Below are positions 1 to 8,726 of a stretch of 64,000 bases of DNA, in pieces. A program made the position numbers and the translations under genes. This stretch comes from Bacillus subtilis subsp. subtilis str. 168 (GTDB lineage Bacteria; Bacillota; Bacilli; Bacillales; Bacillaceae). Below the pieces are notes generated by a model. The model did no database searches and was not told the origin of the DNA. It was given only the letters and a program-made list of their open reading frames with translations. The stretch spans positions 2,294,001 through 2,358,000 of the forward strand of contig NC_000964.3 of NCBI RefSeq assembly GCF_000009045.1, written 5' to 3'. Positions within the stretch are counted from its first letter, which is position 1; each line of letters opens with the position of its first letter.

Positions 1-37
1 CTTGGATGAGAGAGTTTTCTTTAAGCAACGGTTTCAT
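1..37 (-). CDS. ilvA: Threonine dehydratase, N-terminal 12 codons only (runs off window)
   Basis: Reverse complement reads ATG AAA CCG TTG CTT AAA GAA AAC = MKPLLKENSLIQ, preceded by AAAGGAA RBS; recognised N-terminus and synteny. Confidence 0.85.
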   Translation of the reverse strand, partial: MKPLLKENSLIQ

Positions 38-79
38 GTACAGATTCCTTTCTTGTTTTAAATCCCTATTTAATATGCC

Positions 80-105
80 ATTATAACATGAATATTCAAA
101 AAATA
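80..105 (-). promoter_or_regulatory. ilvA extended -10 (TGtTATAAT) with adjacent CodY-like box
   Basis: TATAAT at 80-85 (minus) preceded by TG; AATATTCAAAAAATA at 91-105 has 3 mismatches to AATTTTCWGAAAATT. Confidence 0.5.
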
Positions 106-285
106 AGACAATTATTTTTATTTAATAATTAAAAAAATACAGACTATGTCCACCACATCTTGTGGTAACTTCTGTTCAACCATTATCCTGCAGAGCCAAG
201 AAAAAAGATGATCGTAAAATAAAGGGTGTTTTCAACCAAAAGGCATGATATAATGAAACCAATTAGAACCAAAAGGAGCCAATTG

Positions 286-1281
286 ATGAATAGTGCACCA
301 AAACTCAATACATTTCAACATCTAATCGGAGAACATCAAACTTTTCTGGAAGCGAAGCGAATCGCCAAGCAGTTCTCGTTATCGGAGCTTCCTGTCTTAA
401 TAACAGGAAAAATCGGAACAGGCAAAAATCACTTCGCACATGCCATACACTTGGAATCTTCGAGAAGCAATGAACCGTTTATAAGCGTCAATTGCAGCAC
501 CCATTCGGAAGAAACCCTTATTCATGAGCTTTTTGGCCCTAACGGAAACACAGGTGTTTTTCAAAAAGCGGTACGAGGAACCCTTTTTCTTGATGATGTA
601 TGGCGCATGCCTGCTTCTGTACAAGCTCAGCTGTTAAAAGCGCTTGATTCAGACACGGAGAAACCGCGAATGATCTGTGCTTCTGCAGACCGATCCGTGG
701 AACATACATTCAGGCAAGACTTATTCTACAGACTGAACATTTTAACGCTCACACTGCCCGAATTATCGGAACGAAAAAGCGATATTCCGCTTTTGACACA
801 GCATTTTCTCTCAAATTCTGGTCAGCAATTGTTAATCGATCCCTCCGTTTTTCCCGTGCTTGAGAAGCATGCATTTGAAGGCAATGTCAGGGAATTAAAA
901 AACGCTGCAGATTATATGGCGGCAGTATCAAGCGGGGGAACGATTCAGCCATATGACCTGCCGCCGTATATTAGAGGCACGATAGACGGAAAAACGTCGA
1001 AGAAAAAAGCGAAACTGCTTACTTTAATGGAAAAAGCTGAGTTTTTGTTTATTTTGGAAACAATAAAAGTATTGAACGAAAAAGGAGAACCTGCCAGCAG
1101 ACGGATCATTTCTGAACACAGCAAAAATACCCAAACCTCGTTAACTCCTCAGCAGGTCAGAAGCCGTCTCGACTATTTGGAGAAAAAAGATTATGTCACC
1201 AAAAGCCGCGGACGCGCAGGCACAAAAATTACCTTTGAGGGCTTGAGCTTTATAGAGACGTTAAAAAATCAAATGATCTAG
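286..1281 (+). CDS. yplP: NtrC/NifA-like AAA+ transcriptional regulator with C-terminal winged HTH
   Basis: Walker A GKIGTGK, TLFLDD, FRQDLFYRLN; start moved to ATG 286 after AAAAGGAG RBS. Confidence 0.9.
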   Translation: MNSAPKLNTFQHLIGEHQTFLEAKRIAKQFSLSELPVLITGKIGTGKNHFAHAIHLESSRSNEPFISVNCSTHSEETLIHELFGPNGNTGVFQKAVRGTLFLDDVWRMPASVQAQLLKALDSDTEKPRMICASADRSVEHTFRQDLFYRLNILTLTLPELSERKSDIPLLTQHFLSNSGQQLLIDPSVFPVLEKHAFEGNVRELKNAADYMAAVSSGGTIQPYDLPPYIRGTIDGKTSKKKAKLLTLMEKAEFLFILETIKVLNEKGEPASRRIISEHSKNTQTSLTPQQVRSRLDYLEKKDYVTKSRGRAGTKITFEGLSFIETLKNQMI

Positions 1282-1301
1282 CGATCGAAAGGAGAATGTA
1301 C

Positions 1302-1943
1302 TTGTTTACAATCAAAGAAGAGATCGCCAATGCGATTACACACGGCATCGGTGTCCTCTTATCCATCCCAGCATTAGTGTTTCTAATCATATTTGCGGCT
1401 AATTACGGGTCTGCATGGGACATTGTCAGCTTTACAATATTCGGTGTCTCTATGCTGCTGTTATATTTGAGCTCCACCCTGCTTCACAGCATCACACATA
1501 AAAAAACGAAGGACATTTTGGAGATTATTGATCATAGCGCAATTTACGTACTCATCGCCGGAACCTACACGCCTTTTTTGCTTGGGCCGCTGAAAGGCAC
1601 ACTCGGCTTTACCCTGTTGGTTATCGTATGGTCACTTGCCCTAGGCGGAATCGTTTTTAAAATTTTCTTTGTGAAACGGTTTATCCTATTGTCAACCTTC
1701 GTGTATTTAGTCATGGGGTGGCTGATGATTATTGCAGTTAAACCTTTATATGCTTCACTGAGCGGAGCGGGATTCAGCCTCCTTTTTCTCGGCGGCATTT
1801 TATACTCTGTCGGAACCATCTTTTACATTTGGAAAAAGATCCCCTTCCATCACGCCATTTGGCACAGCTTTGTATTGGGCGGGAGCGCTGCCATGTTTTT
1901 CTGCGTGCTCTTCTATTGTGTAAAGGTGCCTTTCCTTTCGTAA
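1302..1943 (+). CDS. yplQ: Hemolysin III / PAQR family membrane protein
   Basis: EEIANAITHG, STLLH, DHSAIY, HAIWHSFV motifs; multiple TM segments; TTG start after AAAGGAG. Confidence 0.9.
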   Translation: MFTIKEEIANAITHGIGVLLSIPALVFLIIFAANYGSAWDIVSFTIFGVSMLLLYLSSTLLHSITHKKTKDILEIIDHSAIYVLIAGTYTPFLLGPLKGTLGFTLLVIVWSLALGGIVFKIFFVKRFILLSTFVYLVMGWLMIIAVKPLYASLSGAGFSLLFLGGILYSVGTIFYIWKKIPFHHAIWHSFVLGGSAAMFFCVLFYCVKVPFLS

Positions 1944-1952
1944 CAGTAACAG

Positions 1953-1983
1953 AAAAGCGCAGTCTTCACGACTGCGCTTTTTT
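1953..1983. terminator. Bidirectional intrinsic terminator yplQ/ypkP
   Basis: AAAAGCGCAGTC-TTCAC-GACTGCGCTTTT. Confidence 0.9.
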
Positions 1984-2602
1984 ATGCACGTAATTGTTTT
2001 TCATTGGCAGGTATATAAGCTTTTGAAAAGGACAATTCAATGTCTGCCGGTTTTAAGCGTTTAAAAAACGAGCCATTTTGCATGTTATCTGTTCCTTTCG
2101 TTTCCACCATCACCAACGGAAGATGATAGCGGGCCGCAAGTTCTACAGGATCAATAGAACCATCTAGTGAAAGAATCAGGCTTTGTCCCTTTTCCAGCTG
2201 TTTTGTCACATCTTCATATACCTTTTCTGAATCCCCGTCTGAAATCACATCCATCCGATCCAGCCATTGCCCGATAAAAGGCAAGCGGAACACTTTTGGG
2301 TTAGCGATAAAGCCGGCCGGTTCCTCAATATATCCAGCAATTAAGGCCAGTTCAGCCAAACGCAAACGGGGATGCACATACAAAACAGGACCGTGTGGTA
2401 TTGGCTCTGGCTGATGGATCGTCACAACTGAACCGGAGATGCCGATACAGCCTTCTAAAAACGCCTTTGGCTGTTCGTACACAAGAGCCATCTGTTTTTT
2501 GTATGACAGACGGGGATCGAGCATTGTTTGATTAAATAATTGTTTCATATTTTTTAACAGCATATACACAATATAAACCACTAGAAGGCTGTAGCGAACC
2601 AA
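1982..2602 (-). CDS. ypkP: PlsC-like acyltransferase-fold protein with degenerate motifs
   Basis: GPVLYVH and [14 protein letters not shown] resemble PlsC blocks I and II; directly follows dfrA. Confidence 0.75.
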
Positions 2603-3109
2603 TTAAAATCCTCCCGCTTTAGAAGAATTCTTTTTTTCATACATTAGAAATTCGTAATCATACGGGTTTTTTTCGTCTTTGGTCCCCTGCTCAGAAGAAA
2701 CCAGCTTCCAATTGGATTCATCAAATTCAGGAAAGTGACGGTCACCCTCAAACTCGTGATGAATTTTCGTCATATACAGTCTGTCCGCATAAGGGAACAG
2801 GTCCGTATAGAGCTGAGCCCCTCCGATCACAAAGCATTCTTCAGGGCCTGAACAAATGTCCAGTACATCCTTTAATGAACTGACAACCGTGCATCCCTGA
2901 AATTCTGAATCCGGCGCTGAGGTAACGACAATATTTTTCCGATTTGGAAGCGGACGTCCGATCGATTCAAATGTTTTCCGGCCCATAATGATTGAATGGC
3001 CCGATGTTATTTTCTTAAAGTATGCAAGATCATTGGGCAAATGCCACGGCAAATCATTGTCTTTGCCGATAAGCCTGTTGGCATCCATCGCAAAAATGAA
3101 TGAAATCAT
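2603..3109 (-). CDS. dfrA: Dihydrofolate reductase
   Basis: [39 protein letters not shown]. Confidence 0.98.
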   Translation of the reverse strand: MISFIFAMDANRLIGKDNDLPWHLPNDLAYFKKITSGHSIIMGRKTFESIGRPLPNRKNIVVTSAPDSEFQGCTVVSSLKDVLDICSGPEECFVIGGAQLYTDLFPYADRLYMTKIHHEFEGDRHFPEFDESNWKLVSSEQGTKDEKNPYDYEFLMYEKKNSSKAGGF

Positions 3110-3900
3110 ACGCTGACCGCCCCTTTTATATGAGGATGCGGATCATAATCCTCGATGATAAAGTCCTCAAATGCAAAGTTAAAAATAGAATCAACCTTTC
3201 TGGCGAAACGAAGCTGCGGAAGCGGTCTAACATCTCTTTCCAGCTGCAAATTGACTTGTTCAATATGATTTTGGTAAATATGAACATCACCAAACGTATG
3301 GATGAACTCGCCCGGTTCAAGCCCAGTCACATGAGCAATGATCATGGTTAGGAGGGCATAAGATGCAATATTAAACGGCACACCTAAGAAAACATCGGCA
3401 GAGCGCTGATACAGCTGACAGGACAGCTTGCCGTCAGACACATAGAATTGGAACAGGCAATGGCACGGCGGCAACGCCATTTTATCAATTTCACCAACAT
3501 TCCAGGCGCTGACGATTAAGCGTCTGGAGTTCGGATTTGTTTTAATATCTTCAATAAGACGGGAAATTTGATCAATGGTTTCTCCATCAGCTCCCCGCCA
3601 AGAACGCCATTGGGAGCCATATACAGGTCCAAGTTCACCGTTTTCATCAGCCCACTCATTCCAGATTCGCACTCCGTTTTCCTGCAGATAGCGTACATTC
3701 GTATCTCCTTTTAAGAACCACAGCAGTTCATGCGCAATTGATTTAAAGTGGAGTTTTTTAGTGGTGAGCATCGGAAAGCCTTCCCGTAAATTAAATCTCA
3801 TTTGATATCCGAAAGTGCTGATTGTTCCGGTCCCAGTCCGGTCTCCCTTTTTCTCACCATGCTCTAAAACATGTCTGCAGAAATCCTTATACTGTTTCAT
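3106..3900 (-). CDS. thyB: Thymidylate synthase B
   Basis: [31 protein letters not shown]; ATGA overlap with dfrA. Confidence 0.98.
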   Translation of the reverse strand: MKQYKDFCRHVLEHGEKKGDRTGTGTISTFGYQMRFNLREGFPMLTTKKLHFKSIAHELLWFLKGDTNVRYLQENGVRIWNEWADENGELGPVYGSQWRSWRGADGETIDQISRLIEDIKTNPNSRRLIVSAWNVGEIDKMALPPCHCLFQFYVSDGKLSCQLYQRSADVFLGVPFNIASYALLTMIIAHVTGLEPGEFIHTFGDVHIYQNHIEQVNLQLERDVRPLPQLRFARKVDSIFNFAFEDFIIEDYDPHPHIKGAVSV

Positions 3901-3945
3901 TTTTTTCATCCTTTAAAAGTAGTCTTCTAGTAGTGTAACACAATA

Positions 3946-3980
3946 AAAAATCATTTCTGAACCCAGAAATGATTTTTTTA
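3946..3980. terminator. Intrinsic terminator after ypjQ
   Basis: AAAAAATCATTTCTG-AACC-CAGAAATGATTTTTT perfect inverted repeat. Confidence 0.85.
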
Positions 3981-3983
3981 TAG

Positions 3984-4517
3984 TCAGCTGACGACAGGCT
4001 TTTCATCCTGTTCTTTTTCTTCATCTTGCAGATCCTGATGCGTATGTGCAATTCTGCTCGCCGCTGCTGCAGCAAGAGCTGCCACAATATCATCCAAAAA
4101 GGTGTGAATACCGTCTGGACTTTCATCAAGTTCCTTAATAATTCCAATCTTCTCTTTATCCAAATAACCGAAATTGGTCAAACCGATCGACCCGTACACA
4201 TTAACGATTGAAAGCGGGATAATTTCATCTATGCCGTAAAGCGGTTCATCCGTTTCAACAAGGTGCTGCAGCGGTTCGGGGAGAAGTTTCTGTTCTGCAA
4301 GCTGATCGAGTGCAAGGCCTGTCAAAACAGCATGAATAATTTCACGTTTGTTCAGGACTTTTTCTACATTCTCCATGCAAACACTGAGCGGCAGATTTGG
4401 ATTGTATTTTTCCTGAAGTTTTTGAACAATCCGTGCAATATCTTCTATCATAACGCCCCGTTTGTTCAGCATATCCTTTGTTATATCGACCATTTCATTC
4501 ATTGTGTACTTTTTCAT
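3984..4517 (-). CDS. ypjQ: PgpA-family (phosphatidylglycerophosphatase-like) protein
   Basis: DE...GSIG...FGYLDK and FLDDIVAALAAAAA motifs. Confidence 0.8.
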   Translation of the reverse strand: MKKYTMNEMVDITKDMLNKRGVMIEDIARIVQKLQEKYNPNLPLSVCMENVEKVLNKREIIHAVLTGLALDQLAEQKLLPEPLQHLVETDEPLYGIDEIIPLSIVNVYGSIGLTNFGYLDKEKIGIIKELDESPDGIHTFLDDIVAALAAAAASRIAHTHQDLQDEEKEQDEKPVVS

Positions 4518-4534
4518 GTCTAATGGCATCTCCT

Positions 4535-5146
4535 TTAGGCACTCATCCAGTTGGGAGGCGTGTTGCGGTCCCAGTAAATGCTCCCAAGCTCATGATGTGA
4601 TTGAAATCCATCTTCTGCTGTATGATAATGAAAATTAAACCAGTAGCCGTCATGAGGCGGGTGGTCTCTTCGCACATGGAATCTGAGAAGATCTTCTCCA
4701 GTTGTCCGATTGTAAACGTTGAAAATTTTTTCCGTTTTGCCCGCTGAAGGCATGCTTGAGATCACAACATCTTGGTACGCCTCATCATCTTGCAATGTCG
4801 CTAAATAATCACTAATCACATTTTCGATTTTTGGCAGGATCTCTTTCCGATAGTCATCCTCAATGACAGGAGCGATTCTGCTGCCGAATTTTAAAAAGGA
4901 CTGATCCTCAGCGCTGTCAAGGAGCTGTTCCTTGTACGATTGAAAAAGCAGTTCAGGATCTCGCCTGTCATCCGACTCATCATCGTACAGGTCATGCTCA
5001 TCATAAAAAGCGGTGTAATCATTCTGCTCAAGACTGCTCGGCTGTCCGGAAGGCTTGTCCGCCATAAGGGCAGCCGGAGGAGATACGAGCCCGAACGTTA
5101 CAATGGTAAATAAAACCACAAGGGTCTTTCTCATCCACAATTTCAT
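4535..5146 (-). CDS. ypjP: Conserved exported/membrane-anchored protein of unknown function
   Basis: N-terminal KLWMRK plus hydrophobic stretch and AxA site; synteny. Confidence 0.8.
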   Translation of the reverse strand: MKLWMRKTLVVLFTIVTFGLVSPPAALMADKPSGQPSSLEQNDYTAFYDEHDLYDDESDDRRDPELLFQSYKEQLLDSAEDQSFLKFGSRIAPVIEDDYRKEILPKIENVISDYLATLQDDEAYQDVVISSMPSAGKTEKIFNVYNRTTGEDLLRFHVRRDHPPHDGYWFNFHYHTAEDGFQSHHELGSIYWDRNTPPNWMSA

Positions 5147-5310
5147 GACTGCTTATTCCTCTCTATTTTATTGTCATGTTTCTCTTATTTTAGCACATCC
5201 AAAACATGCAAGTCATGTACTATATGAAACTGATATGCAAATTAGGAGATTCGTTGCTATGCACTTTGTGTAAAAACGCTTACAATATTTCATGAAAGGA
5301 GGCTTTCCGC

Positions 5311-5385
5311 ATGATTGACGCTCTGTTTGCCACAGTTTCACTCTTAACATTATTATACTTTGTCGTCATGGAGGTCACCGATTAA
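5311..5385 (+). CDS. Candidate 24-aa hydrophobic small protein MIDALFATVSLLTLLYFVVMEVTD (not in supplied ORF track)
   Basis: AAAGGAGG at 5295-5302, 8 nt before ATG; TAA at 5383-5385; terminator immediately downstream. Confidence 0.6.
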   Translation: MIDALFATVSLLTLLYFVVMEVTD

Positions 5386-5389
5386 CAGA

Positions 5390-5415
5390 AAGCCCGTGAT
5401 ATGAATCACGGGCTT
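5390..5415. terminator. Hairpin between the small ORF and the ypiP 3' end
   Basis: AAGCCCGTGAT-ATGA-ATCACGGGCTT. Confidence 0.8.
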
Positions 5416-6179
5416 GTTTGAATGACGCCATAATGGAACAGTGCTGTTTTTCTTTTCATGACGTTAAAACCAAACTGTTCAAACCGCGGGCTTTTCCAGT
5501 GGTCTTTTAGCACAACGCTTTTTCTGGCGACTCGTACCGCTTCATTGATACATCCTTCGTGCAAAACGGAATCCTCTGCCAAATCACGTAAAGGCGCGAT
5601 GCCGTCAGAGGTTTCTACAGGTTCATGAAACATTGGATCGAAATAAACCACATCAACAGAGTTGTCAGGGAGCTGCTTGATGTGTTCAAAGCAATCACCA
5701 TTCTTCACCTGGATTCTTCTCATCGCAGCTTGAAGCTCTTCTATACCCGTTTCCCATGAATGCAGCCCCGTCCTCACTAAAACAGACACAAGATGGTTTT
5801 TTTCAATCCCAACAACAGAACCCGTTTCGCCTACTGCCATACTTGCGATAATGGCATCTGACCCCAACCCGAGTGTGCAATCTAAAAACGTATCCCCTTC
5901 AGATAAGCCGGCAGCCCGAAGCATAGGTTCTTTCTCCCCCTGTAAGAAGCGTTTGGCTCTGAACATCGCTGTATTCGGATGAAAAAAGAATTTGGCACCT
6001 TGTTTCGTATACAGCTCAAACCGCTCTTTGCCGACCACAAGCAAATCACGTTCAGCTGATTTCAGCAGGTGCTCAACCGTTTGTTTATTCCGGCCGCAGT
6101 ATGGCATATTTAGCTCTTTAGAAAGCTGCTTTGCAGTTTTTATGGTGTGTTCAGACGGTCTATAGCTTGTTGTTATCAT
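5406..6179 (-). CDS. ypiP: SAM-dependent methyltransferase, RsmJ-like
   Basis: LDCTLGLGSD SAM-binding motif and VYFDPMF motif IV. Confidence 0.8.
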   Translation of the reverse strand: MITTSYRPSEHTIKTAKQLSKELNMPYCGRNKQTVEHLLKSAERDLLVVGKERFELYTKQGAKFFFHPNTAMFRAKRFLQGEKEPMLRAAGLSEGDTFLDCTLGLGSDAIIASMAVGETGSVVGIEKNHLVSVLVRTGLHSWETGIEELQAAMRRIQVKNGDCFEHIKQLPDNSVDVVYFDPMFHEPVETSDGIAPLRDLAEDSVLHEGCINEAVRVARKSVVLKDHWKSPRFEQFGFNVMKRKTALFHYGVIQTSP

Positions 6180-6220
6180 CTTCTGTACTCCCAAAAAGAA
6201 AATGCCCGGAGAACGGGCAT

Positions 6221-6655
6221 TTAGCAGTGCGCATCGAAGGCAGCAGTCAGATTTTTCATGATTTCTTCCATATCGTGTCCTTCAATTTCATGACGCGGAA
6301 TAAAATGTACGACTTCTTTGCCTTTCAAAAGAGCCATTGATGGTGAAGAAGGCTCCTGGCCAGTAAAATACTCACGCATTTTCGCAGTAGCTTCTTTATC
6401 TTGGCCCGCAAATACAGTCACCGTATTGTCAGGTGTTTTGTCATTCTGGAGGACTGCCTGTGTAGCCGCAGGACGCGCAAGGCCTGCCGCGCAGCCGCAT
6501 ACAGAGTTAACGACTACAAGAGTTGTGCCCTCTGCCTTTTCCATAAAGTTTTCTACTTCTTCCGCTGTTGTTAACTCTTCAAAACCTGCTCCAGTCAGCT
6601 CGCGGCGCATCGGTACGACAAGCTGGCGCATGTATTCTTCATAAGCCATTGACAT
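6221..6655 (-). CDS. brxA: Bacilliredoxin A (YphP)
   Basis: NSVCGCAAG CGC motif of the YphP/YqiW family. Confidence 0.93.
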   Translation of the reverse strand: MSMAYEEYMRQLVVPMRRELTGAGFEELTTAEEVENFMEKAEGTTLVVVNSVCGCAAGLARPAATQAVLQNDKTPDNTVTVFAGQDKEATAKMREYFTGQEPSSPSMALLKGKEVVHFIPRHEIEGHDMEEIMKNLTAAFDAHC

Positions 6656-6721
6656 AAAAAAAGCCCCCTCTAGTATCCTTCATCTGAAGTAAAGGATACT
6701 ATAGAGAGGGCCGGATTTCAA
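6656..6721 (-). terminator. ilvD terminator hairpin with U-tract, overlapping the brxA RBS and a candidate SigA promoter
   Basis: CCCTCT..AGTATCCTT / AAGGATACT..AGAGGG stem then 7 U; TTGAAA(6716-21)-17-TATCCT(6693-98). Confidence 0.65.
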
Positions 6722-6761
6722 ATGTTCACGCCTTAAAATAAAAGAAAGTGTCCCCAGCTAT

Positions 6762-8438
6762 CTAGATTTTCATAATACCGCCGGTGTTGGCACTTGTCAC
6801 AAGTTTAGAATAACGTGCCAGGTAGCCGGTTTTCACTTTCGGTTCAAAACCTTTCCAGTTCGCTTTTCGTTTTTCCCACTCTTCTTCTGGCACTTGTACA
6901 TCCAAGATGCGTTTTTCAATATCAACGATAATATGGTCTCCGTTTTCAACAAAGGCAAGCGGCCCGCCCTCAGCGGCCTCAGGTGATACGTGGCCGATTG
7001 AGAGGCCACGGGAGGCTCCGGAAAAACGTCCGTCCGTAATCAATGCCACTTTTGGCCCGAGTCCCATTCCAACGATTTGGGATGTTGGCGCCAGCATTTC
7101 CGGCATGCCAGGTCCGCCTTTTGGCCCTTCGTATCTGATGATGACAACGTCGCCTTCTTTTACTTTTCGGTTGATAATGCCGTCAAGCGCCTCGTCCTGA
7201 GAATCGAATACGACAGCCGGCCCTTCGTGTCTTGTAATCCCATTCTGTACGCCGCCTGTTTTAATGATAGCGCCGTCCGGAGCTAGATTACCGAATAAAA
7301 CAGCAAGGCCTCCCTTTTCAGTGAATGGTTGATCCAGCGGGTGAATGACGTCATAATCCTTTACTTCATGTCCGGCAATGGTTTCTCCAAGAGTTTTTCC
7401 TGTAACAGTCAGCGCATCTAAATGAAGCGCTCCTTCTTTCTTCGAAAGCTCATTCAGAGCCGCTGAAACGCCGCCCGCTTCGTGAAGATCTTCAATAAAC
7501 ACATCCGATGCAGGCGCCAGCTTAGCCAAGTGCGGCACGCGCTCAGCGACTTCGTTAATGCGTTCTAAAGAGTATTCAACGCCGGCTTCGTTTGCAAGGG
7601 CAAGGGTATGAAGAACGGTATTTGTAGAACCTCCGAGCGCCATATCGAGTGCAAACGCGTTATCAATCGCTTTTACTGTAACAATATCACGCGGTTTGAT
7701 ATCTTTGCGAATCGTTTCCATTAATTGCGCAGCCGATTTTCTCACAAACTCTTTGCGTTCCGGAGATGTTGCCAGAATGGTTCCATTACCCGGCAAAGCA
7801 AGACCAAGTGCTTCTGACAGACAGTTCATTGAGTTCGCCGTAAACATGCCTGAGCAAGACCCGCACGTTGGGCATCCGAACTGCTCTAGTTCTTGAAGCT
7901 CGTTTTCGTTGATTTTCCCTGCTTGGTAGGCGCCTACCCCTTCGAATACTGAGGAAAGGGAGATTTTTCGCCCGTCACTTGTTCTTCCTGCCGCCATCGG
8001 TCCGCCGCTGACAAAAATCGTCGGAATGTTGATGCGCATTGCCGCCATAAGCATTCCCGGTGTGATTTTGTCGCAGTTCGGAATACAGACCATTCCGTCA
8101 AACCAGTGTGCGGATACAACCGTTTCCACAGAGTCTGCGATAATTTCACGGCTTGGCAGCGAATATCTCATACCGATATGCCCCATTGCGATGCCATCAT
8201 CTACCCCAATGGTATTAAATTCAAACGGAACGCCCCCTGCTTCTCTGATTGCTTCTTTTACGATTTTCCCAAACTCCTGCAAGTGAACATGACCGGGAAC
8301 GATATCAATGTATGAATTACACACCGCAATAAACGGCTTGCCGAAATCCTCTTCTTTTACCCCTGCTGCACGAAGCAAACTGCGGTGCGGAGCTCTATCG
8401 ATTCCTTGTGTGATCATATTACTGCGTAATTCTGCCAT
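6762..8438 (-). CDS. ilvD: Dihydroxy-acid dehydratase (Fe-S)
   Basis: [37 protein letters not shown]. Confidence 0.98.
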
Positions 8439-8625
8439 GGTGATCCTCCTAAATTCTTTCAATTGTTTGATTGGATTTTATTTTGACAATTTTCAGTTTA
8501 TTTATGGGCTGTTTTTGCAAATAAGATAAATACAGGCCGCCCTCACCTTGTTTTGTTCTTTCGTGTTTTTATATTTATATAGCTTTCTTTCGATTTGAAC
8601 CCTCCAACTATTAATATTGTTACTT

Positions 8626-8654
8626 ACTATAAATAGTTTTCGGATATTTTTCAA
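8626..8654 (-). promoter_or_regulatory. ilvD SigA-type promoter overlapped by a CodY-like box
   Basis: TTGAAA(8649-54)-17-TATAGT(8626-31); AGTTTTCGGATATTT at 8635-49; second CodY-like AATTTTCAGTTTATT at 8488-8502. Confidence 0.6.
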
Positions 8655-8693
8655 CAATATTCGAAATAATTTTTATAAAAAGTGAATTCACAT

Positions 8694-8722
8694 AAAAAAG
8701 GTGCATGATCTGCACCTTTTTT
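8694..8722. terminator. Intrinsic terminator after ypgR
   Basis: AAAAAAGGTGCA-TGATC-TGCACCTTTTTT. Confidence 0.9.
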
Positions 8723-8726
8723 ATCT

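Noticed and set aside
6318-6644. 108-aa plus-strand ORF antisense to brxA, and the many similar antisense ORFs in the track (e.g. 19964-20368, 23347-23754, 28024-28401, 55884-56282)
   Set aside because: Shadow frames of real genes; no RBS and no recognisable motifs
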